From Chitinophagales bacterium (GTDB taxonomy: Bacteria; Bacteroidota; Bacteroidia; Chitinophagales; JADJOU01), in NCBI GenBank assembly GCA_044368545.1, contig JBIPPG010000001.1, positions 1-42,032 on the forward strand: a stretch of 42,032 nt of DNA. The letters are read 5' to 3'. Position numbers and translations under genes: made by a program. The notes under the pieces were generated by a model that was not told the DNA's origin, made no database searches, and saw only the letters and a program-made list of their open reading frames with translations. This document shows, one piece after another, positions 1 to 9,253 of this stretch (position 1 is its first letter; each line of letters opens with the position of its first letter).

Positions 1-1
1 T

Positions 2-874
2 ATTCCAAGTTTTTTATTGTTTTTATATTTTTCAAAACCTATAATAACTTCAATTAAAAAATATAACAAAATATTGTTGGAACAAATGTTGCCATATTCG
101 TATCCGCTTTTAATTGTTGGGTTGGCAGGAATGGTAAATGAAACCTTGGATAGAACCTTGCTAAAATATTTACTTCCCGGAAAAGTAGAAGAAAATTTAT
201 ATCAAATAGGAATTTATAGTGCAAATTATAAGTTATCTATAATAATGTCATTGGCGATACAAGCATTTCGGATGGGCGCCGAGCCTTTTTTCTTCAAAAA
301 TTCGGATGACAAAAATGCTCCTAAAATGTATGCCACGATAATGAATTATTTCACAGTGGCGTGTTGTATCATTTTTGTGTTTACATATTTGAATCTTGGC
401 TGGATATCAAAGATTTTAAATTCAAAATTCAGCGAAGGCATTATTGTTGTACCAATTTTATTGCTTGCTAATATGTTTTTGGGAATGTATTATAACACCA
501 CCATTTGGTACAAAATTAAAAATCAAACAACAAAAGGAGGACTTATAGCAGTAGCTGGAGCTATAATTACAATAGTATTAAATGTAGTATTAATTCCCGA
601 AATGGGATATTTGGGATCGGCAGTAGCTACTTTAGTGTGTTATTTTTCTATGTTTATAATTTCTTTGATTTGGGGAAATTTTTATTTTCCTATCCCATAT
701 AATTATTTTTTCTTGTTCACATTCATTTGTTCTAGCATAATTATTTCTTATTTTATACAATTTATTTATCAAAAAGAGTGGTATGTTACCTTGTTTTTTA
801 GTTTACTTTTTCCAGCAATAATTTTCTATTATATTTATAATCAATGGAAAAGAAACAAAAAATTCATTTCTTAA
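2..874 (+). CDS. Polysaccharide-biosynthesis flippase (MOP/Wzx-like), C-terminal part; 5' end lies outside the window
   Basis: The frame is open from nt 2; the listed start at 17 is a TTG inside an open frame. The protein is multi-pass and hydrophobic, with the look of a Polysacc_synt_C / Wzx-type flippase C-terminal half (GIYSANYKLS..., AFRMGAEPFFF). Confidence 0.55.
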   Translation: MPSFLLFLYFSKPIITSIKKYNKILLEQMLPYSYPLLIVGLAGMVNETLDRTLLKYLLPGKVEENLYQIGIYSANYKLSIIMSLAIQAFRMGAEPFFFKNSDDKNAPKMYATIMNYFTVACCIIFVFTYLNLGWISKILNSKFSEGIIVVPILLLANMFLGMYYNTTIWYKIKNQTTKGGLIAVAGAIITIVLNVVLIPEMGYLGSAVATLVCYFSMFIISLIWGNFYFPIPYNYFFLFTFICSSIIISYFIQFIYQKEWYVTLFFSLLFPAIIFYYIYNQWKRNKKFIS

Positions 875-907
875 TGTAGTTTTATAGCAAATCTTGATTA
901 TTCAGCA

Positions 908-915
908 TACTTTTG
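908..915 (+). promoter_or_regulatory. Candidate Bacteroidota -7 box (TACTTTTG = TAnnTTTG)
   Basis: Exact TAnnTTTG match 17 nt upstream of the ATG at 932. Confidence 0.35.
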
Positions 916-931
916 CATAAAATTATTTTAT

Positions 932-1510
932 ATGAAAAAATTAGTATTAACAACGTTTGCTATAGCAGCAACATTATTTGTATCGGCTCAAAAAGGAGCG
1001 AGCTCATCTGTAAAATTGACTTCTGAAAACACAACAGTTACTTGGTTGGGTAAAAAAGTAGGAGGAAGCCACGAAGGAGCCATTTCTGTAAAAGAAGGTG
1101 TATTGAATCTTGAAAAAGGAATGCTTAAAAATGGAAAAGTAGTAATAGATATGAATACTATTACCTGTACAGATATTGCAGATAAAGAAAAAAATGCTTA
1201 CTTAGTAGGTCATTTAAAAAATGAAGATTTTTTTAATGTAGCAGCACATCAAACAGCTACTTTGGAAATTACATCTTCAAAAGCTGCAAAAGGAGGAAAA
1301 GTTGCCATTACAGGTAATTTGACTATCAAAGGCATTACAAAACCAGTTTCTTTTATGGCTACGGTTAATTCAAAAAATGGATTCCAAGCTACAGCTACTT
1401 TGATATTTGATAGAACAAAATATGATATTAAATATGCTTCAGGAATTATTGGTACAGTTGCCGATAAAGCTATTGAAGATAATGTAACATTGAATATTAC
1501 TATTAAGTAA
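932..1510 (+). CDS. YceI-family periplasmic lipid/polyisoprenoid-binding protein
   Basis: Signal peptide (MKKLVLTTFAIAATLFVSAQ) and a 192-aa size. YceI-like motifs are present (GSHEG, LTIKGITKPVSF, FDRTKYDIKY). Confidence 0.75.
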   Translation: MKKLVLTTFAIAATLFVSAQKGASSSVKLTSENTTVTWLGKKVGGSHEGAISVKEGVLNLEKGMLKNGKVVIDMNTITCTDIADKEKNAYLVGHLKNEDFFNVAAHQTATLEITSSKAAKGGKVAITGNLTIKGITKPVSFMATVNSKNGFQATATLIFDRTKYDIKYASGIIGTVADKAIEDNVTLNITIK

Positions 1511-1531
1511 TTTTAATTTTTATAATTGTAA

Positions 1532-1567
1532 TAAAAAAGCCTCTGAATTTCAGAGGCTTTTCTTTTT
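1532..1567. terminator. Bidirectional rho-independent terminator between convergent genes
   Basis: The stem is gcctctg (1539-1545) / cagaggc (1551-1557) with a 5-nt loop. An A-run lies upstream and a T-run downstream, so it reads as stem plus U-tract on both strands. Confidence 0.6.
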
Positions 1568-1591
1568 ATAAGTAAATAGTAAAGTTGAATT

Positions 1592-2779
1592 TTAAAAATT
1601 AACTTGAGCTTGAAGTCTCAATAGATTTCCTTCTTGAGTATTATTTCTTAGTACACCGTCTTCAAATCGTCGGTTTGAAATAGTATATTGAGCTACCAAT
1701 TCAAAATTTTTGTTTGGTTGCCATTCCACTCCCATTTCTAATTCTTTAACCGAAAAACTTCTAGCGTCTAATTCGTGTTTTTTTCCTCCGTTATAAAATT
1801 GATATTTTACAAAAGGAATGATTAATTGATTTTTAAATTTGTATTGATAGTTTCCCAAAATATATCCGCCATCAAGATTTTTTTCATCAATACTATTTGT
1901 CGTGGTATTATATTCCGGTCCCTTACCAATATTATATTCTGCTTGAATACCAAACGGTTTTGGATATAAAACAAATGTAGCTCCTATTCTTTGATCAATA
2001 TATTCGTTACTAGAATTAATGACAACAACATTTTTTGTAATAGAAGATAAAACCACTTTGCCTGTATATGCTTGTATACCCGCTTCAATAATTTGACCAT
2101 TTTTAAATTTGTGAGGATAAGAAAAACGTCCTACAATATGTTTATTATCATTTAGTTCGGGTCTGTTAGCGGTTTGACCATTATATGCACCCAACGCAAA
2201 AACACCATAGTCACCTGAGCCTTTTAGTCCACTTGATACCAATTCTGAAAACAAGGCTCTCTGAGCTTTAGGAGCCCAATAGAAGAAAACACCCATATCG
2301 CGTTCATTAGATACAGCACTATTAAAGGCATCATTTCTATCAAGAGTTAGACGATTTTGGCTTGATTGCATATTTTCAAAACCATAAGGAACCTTACTTT
2401 GTCCAATTCTAAATCTAAACTCGTTGTCTTTGTCTACACCTATGTCAAAGTATGCGTCGCGCAATTGTCCAAAATGTAAACTTGATGTAGAAACAGAACT
2501 CGCAAAATCGGGTTGTATATAAAAATAAACTTGTTTGTTGATTTGACCAAAAAAGATAATTCGCATACGTCTAAGAAAGAAGCCACCGTTTGCACCCCAA
2601 GAGCGATCACATTGTTCACAATTCAAATTTTGATTCGTTTCCAATAATCTATTGTAACGAACTTGTGCATAACCACGAATTTGAATGGATTCAAACCATT
2701 TTTTAGGCTTTATAGAATCTTGTCCAATAAAAATGTTTGAAGAAATCAAACAAAAAAAGAAAAACAAATTTTTTAACAT
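1592..2779 (-). CDS. Outer-membrane porin, phosphate-selective porin O/P-like
   Basis: Signal peptide, and a beta-rich 395-aa protein ending in an aromatic residue (...LQAQVNF). The N-terminal IQIRGYAQVRYNR pattern resembles the porin O/P family. It is adjacent to the PiT gene and shares its upstream repeat array. Confidence 0.55.
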   Translation of the reverse strand: MLKNLFFFFCLISSNIFIGQDSIKPKKWFESIQIRGYAQVRYNRLLETNQNLNCEQCDRSWGANGGFFLRRMRIIFFGQINKQVYFYIQPDFASSVSTSSLHFGQLRDAYFDIGVDKDNEFRFRIGQSKVPYGFENMQSSQNRLTLDRNDAFNSAVSNERDMGVFFYWAPKAQRALFSELVSSGLKGSGDYGVFALGAYNGQTANRPELNDNKHIVGRFSYPHKFKNGQIIEAGIQAYTGKVVLSSITKNVVVINSSNEYIDQRIGATFVLYPKPFGIQAEYNIGKGPEYNTTTNSIDEKNLDGGYILGNYQYKFKNQLIIPFVKYQFYNGGKKHELDARSFSVKELEMGVEWQPNKNFELVAQYTISNRRFEDGVLRNNTQEGNLLRLQAQVNF

Positions 2780-2816
2780 AGAGTTGATATTTATGTAACT
2801 ATAATTTAATATAGTG

Positions 2817-2824
2817 CAAAAATA
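2817..2824 (-). promoter_or_regulatory. Candidate -7 box (minus strand TATTTTTG) for the porin gene
   Basis: The plus strand reads caaaaata, so the minus strand reads TATTTTTG. It lies 38 nt upstream of the ATG at 2779. Confidence 0.4.
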
Positions 2825-2862
2825 GTTATCAAATAGTTAAACGGATGTTAAGTTAATGTTAA
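2824..2862 (-). promoter_or_regulatory. 11-bp-phased direct repeats (minus strand TTAACA-like x4); candidate Pho box
   Basis: Plus-strand hexamers are AGTTAT 2824, AGTTAA 2835, TGTTAA 2846 and TGTTAA 2857, spaced exactly 11 nt apart. They sit directly upstream of the -7 box, and the same layout occurs upstream of the PiT gene. Confidence 0.4.
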
Positions 2863-2863
2863 A

Positions 2864-2892
2864 TAAAAAAAGCCCTCAAGTAATTGAGGGCT
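2864..2892 (-). terminator. Rho-independent terminator downstream of the PiT gene
   Basis: The stem is agccctcaa (2871-2879) / ttgagggct (2884-2892). The A-run at 2865-2871 (its last A is also the first stem base) becomes the U-tract on the minus strand. Confidence 0.6.
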
Positions 2893-2928
2893 TTGATATT
2901 ATGAAAAAAGATTATTATGATAAAGGAA

Positions 2929-4341
2929 TTAGATAAATATTCTAAACAATAAATATAAACCTAAAGAAAGTATAATGGTTACCGGCAAAGTAAGAATCCA
3001 AGCCAAAGCAATACTTGTAATAGTATTTTTTTGTAGATTTTTGATACCACCTGTAGCCACCATAGAACCAGCAACACCCGAAGTCAATACGTGTGTAGTA
3101 CTTACTGGCAATCCAAAATAGGTACTCAATCCAATAGTAGAAGCAGCTACAATTTCAGCAGTAGCACCTTGACCATAAGTCATATGAGTTTTTCCAATTT
3201 TTTCTCCAATTGTTACTACAATTCGTTTCCAACCAATAACCGTTCCAAAACCAATGGCTAAAGCAATCATCATCAAAACAGTATTTCCTGGATTTCCATC
3301 GGTATATGATTTTAAAAACTTCACTTCAGACTTTAAAACTTTTTTATCATCTTTTGACAATAAATCCTCATCTTTCATAGTATGGTCCAAGTCTTTTTGA
3401 ATCGAAGTCATTCTTTTTCTCATTTTAAAGATACCTTTTTTTGTGGTATCGCTACGCAAAACAATATCGTTTTTAAGTTCTTCTACCGTTTTGATAGTTC
3501 CGCTAAAATGTTCATCCGTATTTTTTGAGGCCAAAACGGTTTGAATAGTAGTAAGATGTTTCATAGATTCTTCATTTGAAAAGTCCGATTTCAAAGCATA
3601 TTTCAAAGGAAAAAATGTCATTAAAATAATCATAATCAATCCAAGTCCTTTTTGTCCGTCATTGCTTCCGTGAAAAAAGCTAACCATACTACAAGTACTA
3701 ATTAATAGCGCTCGGATTCCTTTTGGCGGAGGCGTATTGGTGTTTACATCTTTAAATAACGCTTTCTTTTTCAAAAGTCTTCTAAGTATATATACAAGTA
3801 TAATTGCAATAGTAAAACCAAATAAAGGTGAAATTAACATCCACTCTAAAACTTCAATTCCTTTTTCAAAAGGTTTTGAATCCAAAATATCTTTCACAGA
3901 ACCACCATTTACTAGGAAAAAACCAACCATTGCGCCCAATAATGAACCAATCATTGTATGTGAACTAGAACAAGGAATTCCAAAATACCATGTTCCAAAG
4001 TTCCAAATAATAGCACTTACCAATACCGCCGCAACGAGTGCAATATTTTCATGAATACTCATATCGGCAATTTTTTCCATAGGTAATAATTGTACCATTT
4101 TTACGGCTACTTTCATTCCAAATAAATAAACGGAAAGTGCCATTCCAGCAAAATTTAGGAATCCAGACAAAAATACAGCCTGTTTTGCGGTTAAAGATTT
4201 TGTATAGATTACGGTAGCTACAGCATTGGCCGTATCGTGAAATCCATTAATAAATTCATAAATAAGAACAGTAGCTACACAAAATAGAAATAAGATAAGC
4301 AAACCTCCATCCAAGCTAGACATCATAGAGAAAAATTCCAT
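2929..4341 (-). CDS. pit: Inorganic phosphate transporter, PiT (PHO4) family
   Basis: The N-terminal GFHDTANAVAT motif and the C-terminal PVSTTHVLTSGV motif form the duplicated PiT signature. The protein is multi-pass with a long central hydrophilic loop. Confidence 0.85.
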   Translation of the reverse strand: MEFFSMMSSLDGGLLILFLFCVATVLIYEFINGFHDTANAVATVIYTKSLTAKQAVFLSGFLNFAGMALSVYLFGMKVAVKMVQLLPMEKIADMSIHENIALVAAVLVSAIIWNFGTWYFGIPCSSSHTMIGSLLGAMVGFFLVNGGSVKDILDSKPFEKGIEVLEWMLISPLFGFTIAIILVYILRRLLKKKALFKDVNTNTPPPKGIRALLISTCSMVSFFHGSNDGQKGLGLIMIILMTFFPLKYALKSDFSNEESMKHLTTIQTVLASKNTDEHFSGTIKTVEELKNDIVLRSDTTKKGIFKMRKRMTSIQKDLDHTMKDEDLLSKDDKKVLKSEVKFLKSYTDGNPGNTVLMMIALAIGFGTVIGWKRIVVTIGEKIGKTHMTYGQGATAEIVAASTIGLSTYFGLPVSTTHVLTSGVAGSMVATGGIKNLQKNTITSIALAWILTLPVTIILSLGLYLLFRIFI

Positions 4342-4372
4342 AATTAATTAATTTAAGTTTTTTAAAATTAAA

Positions 4373-4380
4373 CAAAAGTA
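4373..4380 (-). promoter_or_regulatory. Candidate -7 box (minus strand TACTTTTG) for the PiT gene
   Basis: The plus strand reads caaaagta. It lies 32 nt upstream of the ATG at 4341. Confidence 0.4.
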
Positions 4381-4390
4381 TATATATCAA

Positions 4391-4418
4391 TGTTGTTTTA
4401 ATGTTAAATAATTGTTAA
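4391..4418 (-). promoter_or_regulatory. 11-bp-phased direct repeats (minus strand TTAACA, TTAACA, ACAACA); candidate Pho box
   Basis: Plus-strand hexamers are TGTTGT 4391, TGTTAA 4402 and TGTTAA 4413. The proximal repeat starts 11 nt beyond the end of the -7 box, exactly as at the porin gene. The 14-mer ttaatgttaaataa (4398-4411) is identical to 2853-2866. Confidence 0.4.
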
Positions 4419-4428
4419 GCCCAATTTT

Positions 4429-4803
4429 TTATTTTTTAAAAATGAAAAAAACGGATAATAACAAGAAAAAAAAACCTACAACATGGTTCCACCGGATAGA
4501 TTCATTTTTGAAAAAAAACAATGTAAAACAAACAAAAACACCAATAGATATAGCCTCTTGAATAATTTTTAATTGCCAAAGATTGAATTTACCACCATTT
4601 TCAATAAACCCATATTTATTTGCAGGTACCTGAAAAATGTATTCAAATAAAGCCAAAATCCAACTAAATATAATTATAGAAAACAAGCCATATTTTTGAA
4701 AAATAGAAAAATTTCCATATTTCAAATGTCCATACCACGCCAAAGTCATAAAGGTATTGGAGATGACCAAAAGGATAATGGTAATGAATGGATTGGAAAA
4801 CAT
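4429..4803 (-). CDS. DMT-superfamily small membrane protein (DUF486 type)
   Basis: 124 aa with 4 TM segments. Motifs NTFMTLAWYGHLKY and FEYIFQVPANKYG are typical of the DUF486 family. Its start overlaps the rpiB stop (TAATG). Confidence 0.7.
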   Translation of the reverse strand: MFSNPFITIILLVISNTFMTLAWYGHLKYGNFSIFQKYGLFSIIIFSWILALFEYIFQVPANKYGFIENGGKFNLWQLKIIQEAISIGVFVCFTLFFFKNESIRWNHVVGFFFLLLSVFFIFKK

Positions 4804-5237
4804 TATTTACAAATAGATATTTTGTCTACTCTATTTTGATGTCTTCCTCCTTCAAATTCAGCATTTATGTATGCAGCTAAAATTTCTCCAGCTAATTCGG
4901 TAGAAACAAATCGTGCTGGAATACACAAGATATTTGCATTATTATGATGTTTTGCCAAAGCTGCAATTTCGGGAAGCCAAGCTATAGCCGCTCTCACTTT
5001 TTCATGTTTATTAGCAGTAATGGCTACACCATTAGCACTTCCACAAATTAAAACCCCAAAATCAACTTCATTATTTTCCACTTCAATCGCTACTTGATGA
5101 GCAAAATCAGGATAATCTACGCTTTCTAGAGAAAAAGTACCACAATCCTTAAACGAAAATTGGGTATCAAATTGTGTTTTGATAATTTCTTTCAACTCAA
5201 ATCCAGCGTGGTCACAACCAATGGCAATTTTTTTCAT
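4803..5237 (-). CDS. rpiB: Ribose-5-phosphate isomerase B
   Basis: The N-terminus is MKKIAIGCDHAGFELKE, followed by ICGSANGVAITANK. The size is 144 aa. Confidence 0.85.
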   Translation of the reverse strand: MKKIAIGCDHAGFELKEIIKTQFDTQFSFKDCGTFSLESVDYPDFAHQVAIEVENNEVDFGVLICGSANGVAITANKHEKVRAAIAWLPEIAALAKHHNNANILCIPARFVSTELAGEILAAYINAEFEGGRHQNRVDKISICK

Positions 5238-5274
5238 ACAAATAAATTAATTCTATTGAAATATGCTAATTTGG

Positions 5275-5282
5275 CAAAAATA
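5275..5282 (-). promoter_or_regulatory. Candidate -7 box (minus strand TATTTTTG) for rpiB
   Basis: The plus strand reads caaaaata, 38 nt upstream of the ATG at 5237. Confidence 0.35.
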
Positions 5283-5365
5283 ATTTTTATTTTAGATATC
5301 ACAAGAAAAATAATTCCATTTTTATAAATGATTTTTAATATTTTCGCATTCTTTATAAAAGAATT

Positions 5366-6037
5366 ATGTCAAATAAACATGCAATCGTTTTTGGTGCAAA
5401 CGGACTTGTAGGAAACGAGATAGTAAAATATTTGGTGGAAGACGACCGTTATGATAAAGTGACTTTGCTCAATCGAAGAAATATTGAAATTGAGCATGAA
5501 AAAATCACATTTGAATTTATGGACTTTAGAGATATCCACAAAAGCTGGGATATGATCAAATGTGATGATATTTTTTATTGTATTGGAACTACGATGAATA
5601 ATGCTCGAAACAAAAATGAATTTTTTAAAGTAGAACATGATTATTGTATCAATATCGCCAAAATAGCAAATCATAATAAAGTAAAACAGTTTTTTTATAT
5701 CAGTAGCAAAGGTGCGGATGCAAAGTCATGGGTATTTTATAATAAAACCAAAGGGCAGATAGAAGAAGATTTGATTAAAGTGGGATTTCCAGCATTGCAC
5801 ATTTTTAGACCTTCGGTATTGTTGGGAAAAAGAATAGAGTTTAGACTTATGGAATCTATAGCAAAAGGATTTTTAAAAATATTTAATTTTTTAATGGTAG
5901 GTTTTTTAAAAGAAATCAAAGCTATGCCAGCAACTCTTTTGGCCAAAACGATGATAGCTGTAGCACAAGAAAATAAAAAAGGAACACACATTTATACCAA
6001 TAGAATGATACATGAGTATTTTAAAAAAAGTAAATAA
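5366..6037 (+). CDS. NAD(P)H-binding atypical SDR-like protein
   Basis: The N-terminal Rossmann motif is IVFGANGLVGNEIV. The protein is 223 aa and resembles the NAD(P)H-binding (HTATIP2-like) family. Confidence 0.55.
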   Translation: MSNKHAIVFGANGLVGNEIVKYLVEDDRYDKVTLLNRRNIEIEHEKITFEFMDFRDIHKSWDMIKCDDIFYCIGTTMNNARNKNEFFKVEHDYCINIAKIANHNKVKQFFYISSKGADAKSWVFYNKTKGQIEEDLIKVGFPALHIFRPSVLLGKRIEFRLMESIAKGFLKIFNFLMVGFLKEIKAMPATLLAKTMIAVAQENKKGTHIYTNRMIHEYFKKSK

Positions 6038-8093
6038 AACATTACTTCTTTTTGTTTTTTGTGGTCTTTTCAATTCTATGGAGGCACAGTTTGAAAATAT
6101 GGGAATGCGTATTACGTCTTCGGAGATGGAAACGGATATGATTAATGATTCAAACAACAATTATCTGAGACTCATGCTATGTGGCGACATTATTCACAAC
6201 AAAGAATTATTCAACAAATATTCTACACGAGACGAATATAGAAATATTAGTTATAGACAATGGTTTAGACAAATAAAACCCTTTTTTTTCTTCAGCGATT
6301 TTGTGGTGGCTAATTTAAAAACCAATTTTCCCGATTTTAGTCCTTTAAGCAAATTAGAATATTCGGCGCCAGATGAATTTTTGGGCGAATTGAGTTATTC
6401 GGGATTTAACATTTTAATGATGGCCAATAATAGAGCTACATCGTTAAATGATAATCATAATTTCAAAACCCTCAACAAGTTGGATTTAATAGGATTTTAT
6501 AGAGCGGGTTTGTATTATAATGAAATAGACAAAAAGAAAAATTTTCCATTAGTACTCGAAAAAAAAGATATAAGAATTGGTTTTTTGAACTATACAATGG
6601 ATTCGACATTTTATGATTTTGGAGAAGAAAATGTCAATTTTTTTAGAATAGACAGTGTGCGAAAAGATATCCAAAGAGCCAAAGATATGCTGGTGGATTA
6701 TTTAATTTTGTATATGGATTGGAAAGATTTTCCCGATTCTATGAAATTAGGACTCAATGTAGAACTGGTAAATTTGGGAGTAGATGTGATTGTAGGAACG
6801 GGTCAAAAAGGATTTACCACGGCAGATTTGTTAAATTTTTCGGGAGGCAGCAAAAAAATTATTGTAAATAATATTGGCGCAATTAATTCAGATAGCAATT
6901 CAAGAGAAACCAATAAGTCGGCAATAGTAGAGATTGTATTAAAAAAACACAAGCGCTCGAATCTCGTAAAACTTCACGATATGGGTTTTATTCCATTGTG
7001 GACTGTAAAAGACAACGAACGATTTGCGGTAGTGCCCATAAATAATATAGAAGAAAAACATATAAAAAATGTAGGAGTCAATTATATTCAGTATTCCAAT
7101 ATGAAAGTAGCGTTGACCGATTTGCGATTTGCTTTTTTTGATAAATTGCCAGAGCTACATTATGATTTTACAGATGAAATAGTTACCAATGTAGAGCAAA
7201 CGGCATATATAAGAAAAACAATTGTTCAAGAACAACAAAAGTTGAACGAGAATATGATAGAAAAAAATCTTCAACAATATGTAGCTACCTTTGGACAGTT
7301 GCCGCCAACCGATAAGCGATATTTTATACCATACGAAGATCAACTAAAAATTTATGCACCTGTAAAGAAAAAGGTAGCCACAGACCCACTTGACCCCAAA
7401 CATTTAAAAATAGATACTACCGACCAAGTAGCAGAAAATGGCATATTGAATGTAAGAGCAAACAAAACATTTTATACAAGAGAAAAAGATACCACTACGC
7501 CATTGACAAAAGAAGAAATTAGAAAAAGAGATTCTATTAAAAAATATGAAGAACGTTTTTATGTAAAAGATACGTTGGCAGAATATAAAGCCAAATTAAA
7601 AAGAATAAAAGCAGAACAAAAAAGAATAAAAGACAGTATTTATAAAGCATCGATAGACCCTAATTATATTTCAAAAACCGTTCCTGTATTTGAACCTAAA
7701 GGTGCTGAGATAGATTATAAAAAACGTGAAGAAGAAAAAACGGGTGTTTTTACTACAACAGCCACTATAAATGTGCCTAAAGAATCGTCAAAGAAAGCTG
7801 AATTTCAACCTGAAATAGAAGAAAAAAGTCCTGTAAAAGAAATAGAGGAATATTTTATGGTACAAGTATATAGTATGAAAAAAAATACAGCAATAAATCT
7901 TGATAAGCTTCCGTTTTTGGCAGGATATGAAGTTAGGTTTGAAGAAGGACATTATAGATATTATATAGGACGAACTCGTTCGCCATTATTAGCTATAGAA
8001 ATGTGTAAATCTATTATTTCAAAAGGAATTTCGGATGCTATGGTGGTAAAGTATACCGATGGAAAAAGAAGTATTTATAAATCTGATTTTTAG
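6012..8093 (+). CDS. Secreted CapA/PGA_cap-like (metallophosphatase-fold) protein with a Lys/Glu-rich linker and a C-terminal SPOR-like domain
   Basis: Signal peptide, then a CapA-like N-terminus (LMLCGDIIHN, VVANLKTNF, LMMANNRATS). The C-terminal ~75 aa (YFMVQVYS...GYEVRFEEGHYRYYIGR...) look like a SPOR peptidoglycan-binding fold. Confidence 0.5.
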   Translation: MSILKKVNKTLLLFVFCGLFNSMEAQFENMGMRITSSEMETDMINDSNNNYLRLMLCGDIIHNKELFNKYSTRDEYRNISYRQWFRQIKPFFFFSDFVVANLKTNFPDFSPLSKLEYSAPDEFLGELSYSGFNILMMANNRATSLNDNHNFKTLNKLDLIGFYRAGLYYNEIDKKKNFPLVLEKKDIRIGFLNYTMDSTFYDFGEENVNFFRIDSVRKDIQRAKDMLVDYLILYMDWKDFPDSMKLGLNVELVNLGVDVIVGTGQKGFTTADLLNFSGGSKKIIVNNIGAINSDSNSRETNKSAIVEIVLKKHKRSNLVKLHDMGFIPLWTVKDNERFAVVPINNIEEKHIKNVGVNYIQYSNMKVALTDLRFAFFDKLPELHYDFTDEIVTNVEQTAYIRKTIVQEQQKLNENMIEKNLQQYVATFGQLPPTDKRYFIPYEDQLKIYAPVKKKVATDPLDPKHLKIDTTDQVAENGILNVRANKTFYTREKDTTTPLTKEEIRKRDSIKKYEERFYVKDTLAEYKAKLKRIKAEQKRIKDSIYKASIDPNYISKTVPVFEPKGAEIDYKKREEEKTGVFTTTATINVPKESSKKAEFQPEIEEKSPVKEIEEYFMVQVYSMKKNTAINLDKLPFLAGYEVRFEEGHYRYYIGRTRSPLLAIEMCKSIISKGISDAMVVKYTDGKRSIYKSDF

Positions 8094-8095
8094 AT

Positions 8096-9253
8096 ATGAT
8101 ACTATTAAAAGAAAATTCGGATTTGATAAAAATGGTCTTTGTTTATAACATTGGAAGGCATATTGAATCAAAAAAACTACAAGCACAATTGTCAGCCCAG
8201 ATTTTTAAGAAAGGAACCAAGCACAAAACTGCGTACCAGCAAAACGAAGCCATTGATTTTTTTGGGGCATCAATAGAAATTTATGCTTCGCCATTATTCA
8301 TTACGGTAGAGATGTATGTGTTAGAAAAACATTTTGAAAAAACCGTGCCTTTATTTTTTGAGACACTGTATGAGTTAGACATAAATGATAACGAATGGCA
8401 AATTTTGGTAAATCAAAATATTGAAGAGCTCAAACAACAAGACCTTCAAAATGATGTAAAAAGCGATAAAGAAATTTCGGAAAAAATTTATGGATCAAAT
8501 TCTATTTATGGATATTATAGCAAGCCAGCGGACTATGAATTTATTCAAAAACAAGAAGTTTTAGAATTTCACAATCAATTTTTTAAAAATGCAAGGCCCG
8601 AAATTTTTATTTCTGGAAATATCAATAAAAACAATATTAGTTGTGTAGAGAAACAAATAGAAAAGTACAATTTAACCCAAAAATTCGATTTATATAAAGA
8701 AATTCCCTCTTGGCAGCATTCACAGGAATTTATCAATTTGCCCGAAAAAGAAAAGGTAAATCAAAATTCAGTTAGATTAGGCACTGTTGTGCAATACAAT
8801 CAAATTGACCAATGGTTTTCGTATGAAATTTTAAATATGGCGTTGGGCGGACATTTCCAGTCGGAGCTAATGAAAGAAATAAGACAAAACAAAGGATATA
8901 CGTATGGTATTTATTCTTATTTAATGCCATTTCCAAATTTTGCTACTTGGATTATTGCATTTGAAACAGCCCCAAAAAACATTTCACCAGCAGTAATTGA
9001 AATAAAGAAGATTTTTGAGCGTTTCTATAAAAATGAAAAAATAATAAATGAAGCTAAAAAACAACTTTATGGTCAGTGGATTCGAAGTACAAATAGCACA
9101 ATGAACGAATTGGCATATTATGTTAAATTTTATAAAATGGGAATGGATTATGGAGCATACAAACAAAAAATATCAAACTATAACGATTTTCAAATAGAAA
9201 ATAAAGAAAAGGAAGTTTTTAATTTTGAAAAAATGATAAAAGTAATCATATAA
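8096..9253 (+). CDS. Peptidase M16 (insulinase)-like protein lacking the HxxEH zinc motif
   Basis: It has M16-like length and C-terminal-domain features. The position expected for HxxEH before FKxGT reads QLSAQ. The start lies 2 nt after the upstream stop. Confidence 0.5.
   Translation: MILLKENSDLIKMVFVYNIGRHIESKKLQAQLSAQIFKKGTKHKTAYQQNEAIDFFGASIEIYASPLFITVEMYVLEKHFEKTVPLFFETLYELDINDNEWQILVNQNIEELKQQDLQNDVKSDKEISEKIYGSNSIYGYYSKPADYEFIQKQEVLEFHNQFFKNARPEIFISGNINKNNISCVEKQIEKYNLTQKFDLYKEIPSWQHSQEFINLPEKEKVNQNSVRLGTVVQYNQIDQWFSYEILNMALGGHFQSELMKEIRQNKGYTYGIYSYLMPFPNFATWIIAFETAPKNISPAVIEIKKIFERFYKNEKIINEAKKQLYGQWIRSTNSTMNELAYYVKFYKMGMDYGAYKQKISNYNDFQIENKEKEVFNFEKMIKVII

Noticed and set aside
3737-4054. 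105-aa plus-strand ORF inside the PiT gene, and similar antisense ORFs at 5369-6160, 7155-7343, 8984-9166, 9687-9947, 12073-12702, 13303-13927, 14777-18441, 22049-27389, 27819-28299 and 39952-40422
   Set aside because: All are embedded in or antisense to better-supported genes. They are short, lack motifs, and are typical of AT-rich DNA.
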